Below are positions 37,617 through 48,099 of a DNA stretch of 64,000 nt, piece by piece. The position numbers and the translations under genes are program-made. Numbering within the stretch: position 1 is the stretch's first letter; every line of letters starts with the position of its first letter. The notes under the pieces were generated by a model, which made no database searches, was not told the origin of the DNA, and saw only the letters and a program-made list of their open reading frames with translations. The DNA lies in NCBI RefSeq assembly GCF_964204645.1, contig NC_134028.1, positions 16,127,653 through 16,191,652 on the forward strand, written 5' to 3'. Source of the stretch: Tubulanus polymorphus (lineage: Eukaryota; Animalia; Nemertea).

Positions 37617-40600
37617 TTAACACGTTAGAATTCTTTTCATTATCTCGTTCTCTTTTGTTTCTTCTCTTTTAAATTTTAAGTATTCATCTAAATTACAACC
37701 ATAAGCAACTGTATGAATTCCATCATCTAAAATATATCTTTTATCATCAAATGGGTTTAGACTAATCTTTTCAATTTCTTCAATAAATATTTCATGATCT
37801 TCAGATCTTAAACATCTCATCTTATGTTTTCTAACTTCTTCATTGAATATACAATTGATGTAATCTTTGAAATGAATATTCTTTTCTACTACACTTTTGG
37901 TTATTCCTTTTAACTTTTTAGCTTCATGTTCTTTAGTTTTATATGAATACATTTTAGATCTAATACCTATGAACTCTATCATTTCTTCACCACCTAATTC
38001 ATCTTTGAATTTACCGGGAACTTTTTTATTATCATTGCTAAACAATTCATGATCTTTAGGATAATTACTGAAATCAAAATGATGTTTTAATGTTTTTAAA
38101 TCATCTGTTATGTTATCAGTTTTTATCTTTAATATGTAACTGTCGGTATCAAAATATAATATTTCTATATGTTTTTCTCCAAAAAGTGGTTGTAATACAT
38201 TATAATAGAATTCATACATTAGTAATTTTGATAATTCTAAAACTGAAGCGCCAACATAGATTGGTTTATTAAATTTCATTGATGTTCTTCTCATTTTAAC
38301 TGCAGCTAAATTTTCATCAAATAATCTGTTACCAATGAACTTAGGATATGATTGTAAATGTCTAATTCTTTTACCATTACTAACTAACTCAATATCATTT
38401 CTATTTCTAATATTTTCACAAGTCTTACCATAGAATGCATTATTCATTAACTTGAAGAAATCTTTCTCGAAATCAGTTTTAGCTTCAGTTCTCTGTTTGG
38501 TGTTAAAATCTATATATTTTTCTAACCACTTAGATTGGCTGAATGAAATATATCTATGTACTTTTTTTAGAATCATTCCTTGTTTTAGATAAAACTTTAA
38601 CATTCTATAATGTACTACATAATTATATTTATCTTCTTGAGTTACCATTAACTTTTCTGTATGAATATGATTTTCGGGTTTAATTCTTTTTTGATAATTT
38701 GATAATTCTTCATGAGTTACAGTTTTATGTTCGGGACAGTAAGCTAGATTTCTAGATTTAAATTTTTTATCATCAGGATATTCTAAATCTACAACAAAGA
38801 AGTAACCAGTATCTGAATCATCTGCAATATCTAGGATTCTTTTCTTCCAATCAAATTTATCATTATTTTCATGTTGTAAAACTTCAGTTAATTCAAATAC
38901 TCCATAAGGTTGTGGTTCCATCATTGCCCATCCATAAAGATTATTTGCATCTATATATAATAACTTATATCCAGGGTTATCATTTACATTGAAATATCTA
39001 TCCCCTCCTCCTCTTATAGATTTTTCAAATAATAATAATTGATCTATATTTGTTAACAAATCCACTTTTATATCTGTAAATTTTAATCCACAATCCCATG
39101 TTAAACATGGACTTGAATAACAATGACATGGATCAATATTAAAATATTTTAGGTTTACATCTCTAAACCTTTCGAATATATCGGTTAATAATAATACATC
39201 TGATTTTAGATATAAATCTACTAATTGTCCATGATTTTCTATTTTGAAATGATTCCAAATATTCAATGTTAGACTTAATTATAGACTTCATCTTTAACAT
39301 ATTCATTTTCCTTCATTCTTTACCTTCTTCTGTCATTATAATTTCTATATTTGTATTCAATAATTTACTAAATCTTATTTCATATTCAATTAATAAGTCA
39401 TAAAAATGATTGATAACATTTTCATTTCTGTAATGATAATATTCACTTTCAATTAGTTCTGGATAATCAGATTTTATATATAACCCGAAAGTTGCAGCTG
39501 ATTGATGAATCTTTTTAATAGTATTTGTTTTTGGTGGTTCATCTGAAAAATCATTTTCATTAGAATTTAATTTCTTTCTTTTATAATATATTTCTTTTCT
39601 ATCTTGATCAGTTTATTCTTTATTTAATGATTCAAAATCTCCATATATTACAAATGGAACTTTATTTTTGTAATCATATTTTTTGAATTCTAATATTTTA
39701 TCTTTTTCATTTGGTAAAACTAATTTACAATAATCATGATTTTCACATAATTGTTTATGATTTAATAATGTACTTTCATTACTGAATCTATGTAAACATT
39801 CTCTACATAGATATATTTTATTATGGTGATCACTTTCTGTTCTAAAGAATAAATCTATTTGTTTAATCCACATATAATGATTCTCATAATATAGTATATC
39901 TAAAACATCGTTTGAATCATAATCTTTTGATAGATATAAAGGTTCTAATGTATAATGTTTTATGTTGTTACCTTTTGTATTTGGTAATTTGATTAAATCA
40001 AATACATTTATCTTTATATTATTATCTCTTTCTATTTTTGGGATGTTTTTAATTATAACAGGATACTTATCTATCTTATAATTATTTTCAAATGGTTTAT
40101 AATGAGTTAATCTATAAGTATGTTTATTATAATCTTCAACTGGGTGTAAACAACTTATTATAGCCCATAGAAAACATTTATCATCTTCATTTTGTACATT
40201 TATTACAGCATTAGTTTTAAATGGTAGTTTAATATAACTCGATGCTTCAATATCTGGTTCTTTATAATATGATACAATATTTTCATGAATTGGTTTTGAT
40301 TTAGTTAACTTATTATATTTTGTGTTATAAACATGTAAAGTCATAAATATTATCTCATCAAATATTAAACCAGACCCTTCAAAATATTTCTCTTCTATTT
40401 TAGTTTTTACTTCATTATAACATTTATCTAATTTATCATCTATATGTTGTTTATATATAATATGTTGTGAATGAGAATTTATATTATATATTGGTTTATC
40501 TTCAGATTTTATAAACTTTACTTTAGAAGATATACTAATTTTAGGATATTCAACATCAGTTATTATTTTTATTATTTCTTTCATATTTTCTAAATGTTTT

Positions 40601-41096
40601 TTATTTTCTTCTAATGTTTTTCCTTTATGAAATTTAAACTCAATAGCTGCTGGCCCAACATCACTTTTAAATGCTTCGGTTATCTCTATATCTTTTTTAT
40701 TATCTAATGAATTAATATATATTTTCTTACATCTTCCATGTATTGTCTTTTATTGTTTAATTTATTTTTTATGCTTTTAATTGTCTTCTGTTCCTTATCA
40801 TTATCTTTATCAAAATAATCTTCACCTAAAATAACATAATTCATATTTCTAATATGACTTTTAGATTTTAAATGTTCATTATAATATCTTTTATCACTGA
40901 ATGATTGATTACATGTATCACATTTATATATTTCTTTTTCATTCTTTAATTCATCTAATTTAGTTTCTAATATATCATCTTTATATTCTAGTTTCAATTT
41001 ATTCTCTAAATGTGTTTTAGTTTTATTGTGTCTTGCTTTTTGGGATTTATCTATATTGATATTACATGTTGGACAGTAGTACTTATTTGCTTCCAT
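37617..41096 (-). pseudogene. polB: Protein-primed family B DNA polymerase with N-terminal C2H2 fingers; frameshifted and internally deleted
   Basis: Exo I YGDFES; Exo III-like YLKSDVLLL; motif A YIDANNLYGWAM; motif B KLMNNAFYGKT; motif C YFDTDS; KMY. Confidence 0.93.
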
Positions 41097-41244
41097 TTTA
41101 ATACTAAAATTTTTATTAAAATTGATTTTAGAAGTTCAATGATTTATATCATGTATTATTTCAATCACACTTTACTAACACTTTTAATGTTTAAAAATCT
41201 AACTCATACAAATATGAATATTGAAATAATGTTTAAAATATATC

Positions 41245-41594
41245 TATATATCTATTCTATAAGAGCTTACACTTTTATATTGAATAATCTGTCAATTTAA
41301 ATGTTATTCATATACATGATTATTTTAAGAGTAATGGGGATAATAGGCTTTCAGGTTAAAGGTTGAACGGGCGGGTGAGTAAAAAATGAAAAAAATGAAA
41401 ATAATTACAATTTCTACTTGAATTAGGAGTGAAACTCATAAAAATGAAAAATAAATTCGAGTGTGAGAATTTATTTTTCATTTTTATGAGTTTCGCGAGT
41501 AATTCAAGTAGAAATTGTAATTATTTTCATGTTTTTCATTTTTACGAGCTCGACCGTTCGACCTTTGGCCTGAAAGCCTATTATCCCTATTATT
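41245..41594 (-). repeat. Right TIR with terminal fold-back palindrome (~41330-41594)
   Basis: Reverse complement of the left TIR with a few mismatches. Confidence 0.95.
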
Positions 41595-43126
41595 CATAAT
41601 TGACGAATTCGGCTACAAAGTGAAAGTAAAGAAAAGAAACCAGTGAAAGATAAGATGCAGTCATTCGGTCTAGAAGTACTTGCGGAAGCAGCACAAATGA
41701 GAATAGATAAGCCAGAAGAAGCCCTCAGCTTAAGAAGTGGAGCCTCATCATGTCACTCCACGTCGTCTGCTTTCCTGAAAATGCGTATGCAGCTCGCAGC
41801 AAAGGCGGCGAGACATGAAACAGAGTTAAAATTCCTACGTTTTGAATCTGAAAAGAAATTTAAGAAACTCAAAGAAGAAGAGGAAATACGGCAGATGACG
41901 TTACGTAAGGAGCTTGCCTGTGCACAAGCCGAACTGAACGCCATAGAAACTGTCGTATCAGAGGGTCATCGTAGCCAGGCAAGATCGATCAAAAGCAGCG
42001 AGAAGGTACAGCAATGTCTTACATCGGACCATCAGCCGTTCGATTCATTAGAAAGGGAAGATAAGGCACTAGTAAAAACTCCTCTAGAGCCCCAGAGAGT
42101 AGAATTAAGAACTTTAGAACATACGAAAGACACACTCAGTAACTGTCAGAACTATCGATCATACGACGATCAAGTGCCTGATACAAGTCTGGAAAATGTC
42201 GTTAATTCGAAATTAACGCCTACAGCACCTACATTCACTCTGTTTGTAGATCACAGCCGTATAGAAAATATTAGCAATAATATCATCCCCGCCAAACAGA
42301 TTACTCCGGTAGCCATTACCTCCGAATTAAGTTCTGTTGTGCGGTATTTGAATCGACCCAACTCCGAAATAGCGAAGTTTGGAGGCGATCCGACCCAGGA
42401 AGTTCATCGGACAGTTTAACAGTAGGATCGTCAGCAATACGGAAGAACCAGAAGAACTGATAGGTTTCCTGGAACAGTACACTACAGGGGAACCGAACAA
42501 GATCGTTTCGGGATTCGCTCAGCTGGACGCGGTTCAAGGGTATAATGCTGCTATGACCGAATTGGAAGAAAGATACGGTAATGCCGAAGTAATCGCGACG
42601 GCGTACGTAAACAAGGCATTAAAGTGGCCACCAGTTAAAGCCGATAACCCAAAATCACTCGACGACTACTCCTTATTCCTAATGGAGTGTAATAACGCTA
42701 TCAAGGCCAACGCTAATGCCATCCGGCTACTCGAATTTCCAGAGAATATGAAACGTCTGGTTGGGAAGTTATCGTTCCATCTCCATGATAGATGGCGAAA
42801 CATAGTACTTACCAACAAGGAGAGGTCGCGACCTTCAACATTTGAGACACTGGTAGATTTTGTTAAAAGAGGGCTAAGAAAGCTATTGATCCTGTCTATG
42901 GTCGCGCTGCTCTCTCCCATATAGTACCAAGCTCGAGCGTGGACAAGAATAGACTAAGGAGACCGACTTTCCCAGCGGGCAGCACTCAGACATCCTCAGA
43001 TCAGAAGAAGAGAACCTGTTCCTTTTGTCAAAAACCAGGACATCAGATAGGATCCTGTTTTAAATTTGCAGACAAACCGCTAAATGAGAAGAGAGAGATT
43101 TTTCAAGCCAAAGGACTTTGTTTTGA

Positions 43127-46100
43127 TTGCGGTCAATCTGGCCACATTGCGGCCAAATGCACCGACCGGATGACAAAGGACTTTGTTTTGATTGCGGTCA
43201 ATCTGGCCACATTGCGGCCAAATGCACCGACCGGATGAAATGTGCCAAATGTGGAAAACAACATCTAACTTCATTCCACAGCGAGACGCCAAGCATACCA
43301 AAGGAACCAAAAGAACCTCCGCCGAAGCTGAATGAAGACGAACCGCCAAAACCAAGTGGAGCAACTATCTCCGTCGATACAGAAAACATACACGGTACCA
43401 TGGCAATCATTCCAGTTCGTCTCCGGCTTAAAGGTGGCATCAAAGAAATAGAAACCTATTGCTTCCTAGATCCAGATAGCTCGATATCGTTTTGTCGAAC
43501 CGACCTCGTAGAAGAACTAGGAGCTAGTAAGAAACCTCAACGTCTAAACATTGGAACTGCTAATCATCCTGATGGTAAACCAGTAAAGACTAACAAAGTA
43601 AACGGACTCGAAATCCTCGAACTTTCATCTAATGAGGCCGTCACTCTCCCGACCATGTTTTCGTTAGACGAGCTGCCAGTTTCGGAAGATCATATGCCAA
43701 CTAAGGACGAAATAGCTGAGTGGCCCCACCTGGACGGTATCCATATGACAAGAAGATTAGGAAAACCAGTTGGCCTAATGATCGGCAGCAACGTTCCTGA
43801 CGCATTCACGCCTCTCGAGATTCGCACTGGTCCAGCCGGTAGTCCATATGCCACACGTTCACGGCTCGGCTGGATTACGTGGAACATAACCAGAATGGAT
43901 CAACGGTCAGGAAGTAAACCAGTAAACCGAACATGGAACACTGAAGAGTCGGATTTGAAATTCATAGAGTCCAGGTTAAAAGAAACATTTAACTTCGATT
44001 TTCCGGAGAAAAGAATAAATGATAAAAAGGAGTGGTCACATGAAGACCAGGAATTCATGAATACAATTCAGAAACGCATCACATTTAGAGACGGACACTA
44101 TGAGATCCCACTGCCGCTTAAAAGCAACGTAAAGCTCCCATGTAACAAGTCGCTGGCAGTATCATGTCTGAACAGTCTTAAAAGAAAATTACTTAATGAC
44201 GAAAAACTATGTAACGAATACAATGAATTCATGAATAAAATAATCGAGAAAGGATTTGCTGAAATCGTACCGGCTGATGAGATGGAGAACGAGAACTCTT
44301 GGTACTTGCCACACCACGCCGTTCGCCACCCGAGGAAACAGAAATTACGTGTTGTCTTCAATGGAGCGGCTAAGTACCAAGGCGTGTGTCTAAACGATGT
44401 GCTAATGCAGGGACCAGACCTGACGAACAATTTAATCGGCGTCTTACTACGATTTCGACAGTGGCCCGTGGCAGTGTCTGCAGATATAGAGTCAATGTTT
44501 TATCAGGTGCGGGTTCCAAAGGAAGATTCGAATTTGTTAAGATTCCTGTGGTGGAAAGACGGAAGATTAGATACAGAACCTATATGCTACCGAATGGTCG
44601 TCCACATATTTGGAAGTGTTTCTTCCCCCACATGCGCTAACTTGGCCTTAAGGGCTACAGCAGAAAATGCCGACGATCATTACGATACTGAATCTCGCCA
44701 GACCATCCTCAAGTCGTTCTATGTAGACGACTGTCTCAAATCCTTTAAGTCTGACCAGAGAGCAACAGAAGTACTCAGCGATACTAAGGAGATTTGCGCT
44801 GACGGTGGATTTCGGTTACACAAGATCCTAAGCAACAGTCGGGATGTGATGGAATCCTTCTCCAGTGAGGAATGGCATAAAGTAGATCTAGACCTAGAAC
44901 AACAACTGCCCACCGAACGTGCTTTGGGCGTGTCTTGGGACCTAGAAACGGACAATTTAACGTTCCAGATCTCAATAGATAAGAACAAGCCTATCACACG
45001 AAGAGGCATATTGTCAACAGTCAGCCCTGTCTATGACCCGCTAGGACTAGCCAGCCCGTTTATCTTGCCTGCCAAGATATTGCTGCAAGAACTGAGAAAC
45101 CATGGTTGGGATGAAGAGGTCAGCGAAGCACAAAGAATCAGATTCACAACCTGGTTAGAGAATCTCGCTACTCTAGAAGAAATAAAGGTGCCAAGATCCC
45201 TCACAACTAGCTGTGAAAATTCGACAAAACACGAACTGCGCTATTTTTCGGATGCCAGTGAGAGTGGCTATGGTGTGGTATGTTATTTAAGATCTGTAGC
45301 CATCAACGGTGAAACAAACTGTACATTTATGATGTCGAAATCGAGAGTATCACCTTTAAAAAAGATCACGATTCAGCGCCTAGAACTTACGGCAGCTGCG
45401 ATTGCAGTTCGAATGAACACAGCGATTCAAAAGGAAATCGAGCTAGAGATCAGCGATGTTAAGTACTGGACAGACAGCAAAACTGTATTGAGATACATAT
45501 GTAACGACACAGCCAGATACCAGACGTTCGTAGCCAATCGAGTGAACACGATCAGAGAAGGCAGTAATAAAGAACAATGGAGATACGTTCCATCTTCACT
45601 GAATCCGGCAGACCTGGCCTCCCGTGGCGTCAGTCCAGGAAATACTATTTTATCAGAGAGATGGTTCAGCGGTCCAGCGTACCTGTACCAGGCTGAGACA
45701 GATTGGCCAGTAGATTCGATAGATAGATCCACTTGTGACGACGACGTCGAAATAAAGAAAACCAAAATGGTCGGATCAACTATTAGCAAAGATGAACCAG
45801 TCCACCCTATAGAGCGGTTAGCCGAACATTATTCATGTTGGTGGAAGCTTAAACGAGCTGTGGCTTGGTTGATCCAGTGTAAAAAGCGACTTCGCAACAA
45901 AGTTCTTGGCTCCGATAGGCCTGCTGGCGTAAAAATGTATCTTACACCGACCATGTTGGACGAAGCGGAGGAAAATATCGTGAAGTATGTTCAGAAATCT
46001 AGTTTAGGAACGGAGGTCACAAACCTGTCCAGTGAGCTTAGTCGTGTTACAAAAAGAAGTCCGTTGCACAATTTGGATCCTTATATGAAAGATGATATTA

Positions 46101-47212
46101 TTCGTGTTGGTGGGCGACTTAGCCGTGCATCCATTCCTTACCAGGAAAAGCACCAGATTGTCCTTCCTAAGTACCACCGCGTATCTAGTTTGATTATTGA
46201 AGATGCTCATAAAGCCACAGGTCATATGGGTAAAAACTCTATCTTAGCGTACATCAGAAAGAAATTTTGGATTATTCATGCGGGAGGTATGATCAAGTCA
46301 ATTACGTCTAAATGCGTTTTATGTAGAAAATACAACGGAAAGAAGGCTAACCAGAAGATGGCTGACGTGCCAATCGATCGGCTCGCATCCGATCAGCCTC
46401 CATTTACGAACACGGGGATTGACTATTTCGGTCCGATCGACATTAAAAGGGGTCGAAGTAGTGTCAAACGATATGGAGTCGTGTTTACATGCATGACCTG
46501 CAGAGCTATACATCTCGAGTCCGCGTCTTCTCTCGAGACGGACGCATGTATAAACGCGATAAGAAGATTTATAGCTCGCAGAGGTGCGGTTAAGCGAATT
46601 CGATCCGACAACGGCACAAATTTGGTCGGCGCTAAATCCGAAATGAAACGTGCGTTAGACGACCTCGATCAAGAAAAACTTACTCGGTTTTGTTCGAAGA
46701 ATAGTGTAGAATGGGTTTTTAATCCCCCGCTCGCGTCTCACGTCGGAGGCATTTGGGAGCGAATGATTAGATCGGTGAGAAAGATCATGTTTCACCTGCT
46801 ACGCGATCAATCGAAAAGTGTGGACGACGAGTTGCTGAATACCGTTCTCTGCGAAGCGGAGATGATTCTGAACAATCGCCCCCTGTACGAGCTGGAGAGT
46901 GGCAACCCGAATGATCCCCAGCCACTGACTCCCAACTATTTGTTGTTAGTGCAGCCGAAATCGGATTTTCCTGTTGGAACATTTAAGAGAGAAGACAGTT
47001 ATTCCGTACGTAGGTGGCGTCAAGTACAGTATTTGGCCCAGATGTTCTGGAAAAGGTGGGCAGAAGAGTACATGCATACTCTCCAAGTTCGGTCTAAGTG
47101 GAATCGATCCCGCCGAAACGTAACCGTGGGCGACGTAGTGCTCATAATGGACACTGGGCAACGGAATTCGTGGGTAGCCGGTCGCGTAACAAGTGTCGAA
47201 TGCGATTGTTAA
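43127..47212 (+). CDS. pol: BEL/Pao pol polyprotein (protease-RT-RNase H-integrase)
   Basis: FLDPDS, WYLPHHAV, ADIESMF, FYVDD, FSDAS, NPADLASRG, GIDYFGP, SDNGTNL, GIWERMIR; premature stop just before the C-terminus. Confidence 0.93.
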   Translation: MRSIWPHCGQMHRPDDKGLCFDCGQSGHIAAKCTDRMKCAKCGKQHLTSFHSETPSIPKEPKEPPPKLNEDEPPKPSGATISVDTENIHGTMAIIPVRLRLKGGIKEIETYCFLDPDSSISFCRTDLVEELGASKKPQRLNIGTANHPDGKPVKTNKVNGLEILELSSNEAVTLPTMFSLDELPVSEDHMPTKDEIAEWPHLDGIHMTRRLGKPVGLMIGSNVPDAFTPLEIRTGPAGSPYATRSRLGWITWNITRMDQRSGSKPVNRTWNTEESDLKFIESRLKETFNFDFPEKRINDKKEWSHEDQEFMNTIQKRITFRDGHYEIPLPLKSNVKLPCNKSLAVSCLNSLKRKLLNDEKLCNEYNEFMNKIIEKGFAEIVPADEMENENSWYLPHHAVRHPRKQKLRVVFNGAAKYQGVCLNDVLMQGPDLTNNLIGVLLRFRQWPVAVSADIESMFYQVRVPKEDSNLLRFLWWKDGRLDTEPICYRMVVHIFGSVSSPTCANLALRATAENADDHYDTESRQTILKSFYVDDCLKSFKSDQRATEVLSDTKEICADGGFRLHKILSNSRDVMESFSSEEWHKVDLDLEQQLPTERALGVSWDLETDNLTFQISIDKNKPITRRGILSTVSPVYDPLGLASPFILPAKILLQELRNHGWDEEVSEAQRIRFTTWLENLATLEEIKVPRSLTTSCENSTKHELRYFSDASESGYGVVCYLRSVAINGETNCTFMMSKSRVSPLKKITIQRLELTAAAIAVRMNTAIQKEIELEISDVKYWTDSKTVLRYICNDTARYQTFVANRVNTIREGSNKEQWRYVPSSLNPADLASRGVSPGNTILSERWFSGPAYLYQAETDWPVDSIDRSTCDDDVEIKKTKMVGSTISKDEPVHPIERLAEHYSCWWKLKRAVAWLIQCKKRLRNKVLGSDRPAGVKMYLTPTMLDEAEENIVKYVQKSSLGTEVTNLSSELSRVTKRSPLHNLDPYMKDDIIRVGGRLSRASIPYQEKHQIVLPKYHRVSSLIIEDAHKATGHMGKNSILAYIRKKFWIIHAGGMIKSITSKCVLCRKYNGKKANQKMADVPIDRLASDQPPFTNTGIDYFGPIDIKRGRSSVKRYGVVFTCMTCRAIHLESASSLETDACINAIRRFIARRGAVKRIRSDNGTNLVGAKSEMKRALDDLDQEKLTRFCSKNSVEWVFNPPLASHVGGIWERMIRSVRKIMFHLLRDQSKSVDDELLNTVLCEAEMILNNRPLYELESGNPNDPQPLTPNYLLLVQPKSDFPVGTFKREDSYSVRRWRQVQYLAQMFWKRWAEEYMHTLQVRSKWNRSRRNVTVGDVVLIMDTGQRNSWVAGRVTSVECDC

Positions 47213-47842
47213 GGATTCGTACGAGCCGCCTCCATTAAAACCTAAACCAGCAATTTCCGTCGACCCGTTGATAAATTGTGTTTTTTGGTCGAGGCTGCGG
47301 TAAAATAATCCGTTTAACCTGACAATCTAATGATCCAGTAACGTTTTATTATACAAGTAGACATAGATTAGCACCGGGTTTAAATAGCTCATATATTGTC
47401 TTTATTGAGAGCCATCAAGTTGGTGATTATTAGATGGAACTCTGTATTGTGACCTGTCATAAGATTCATTATTCTAACATGTGCACTCAGCACATAGTAG
47501 TTTTTAGTTAGTTCGAGTTAGGTATATATTCTAAAATTCTGTCGAAGTAATTATTGGTCTACAGACTCCTTTTATAGAATACTTTTGAGAGTTTTATAGA
47601 ATACTTTTGAGAGTTATGTAGGCTCACCATAATTAATGTGCTAATGCTTATGGTAATTAAGGCTATGGTGTAATTTTGTATCAAGGTACTTCTTATCTAT
47701 GAACGTTAACTTTTATAGCTAAAGCCGTTTGTTTGGCTTAAATTTTTTAGTTTAAGTTTAAGTGTACTATTACACATTCTGTACTAGACGCATTTACCTA
47801 TTGTTTGTTTGTCATAGGTGATTTCCTATTGGAAGGGTGGTA

Positions 47843-48097
47843 TGTTGCGGCAAATGCGCCCTCTTTGTATCGTTGTGGGTAGTTTCGTGTGTTTTGGACG
47901 AGTTTTGTTGAAAATTAGTACGACCTAAGATGGCCGAGAAGATATTTTGAAACCGTCTTCTTAGAATCTAGTTAAAGTTTGTTATTATAAAAAAGTTAAG
48001 ATGTCAAACAATTCGTCAATCGTTTCATTAGCAAATAAACGCATTAATGACCGTTTGTCAATATAAAGAAGTTTGGTTCAATTGATCTATCTCGACA
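47843..48097 (+). repeat. 3' LTR of BEL element 2 (255 bp)
   Basis: TGT after the PPT; AATAAA; ends ctcgACA. Confidence 0.9.
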
Positions 48098-48099
48098 AT

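Larger units (their letters stand above)
24272..41594 (-). mobile_element. Polinton/Maverick-type endogenous dsDNA virus, 17.3 kb, full-length but with disrupted genes
   Basis: ~350-bp TIRs starting AGTAATAGGG; 6-bp TSD CATAAT (24266-24271, 41595-41600); pPolB, rve integrase, A32-like ATPase, major and minor capsid genes; strongly AT-rich. Confidence 0.95.
41601..48097 (+). mobile_element. BEL/Pao LTR retrotransposon 2, internal region and 3' LTR
   Basis: Frameshifted gag 41643-43238, long pol ORF, PPT ggaagggtggta, LTR 47843-48097 (TGT...ACA) matching 24121-24267. Confidence 0.95.

Noticed and set aside
41118-41125. Mimivirus early promoter AAAATTGA upstream of polB
   Set aside because: It lies on the strand opposite to the gene and is expected by chance in such AT-rich DNA.
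24272-41594. Contaminating free virus or chimeric contig
   Set aside because: A perfect 6-bp TSD and continuity of the interrupted BEL element on both sides indicate genuine integration.
47300-47840. env-like gene in BEL element 2
   Set aside because: There is no ORF between pol and the PPT.
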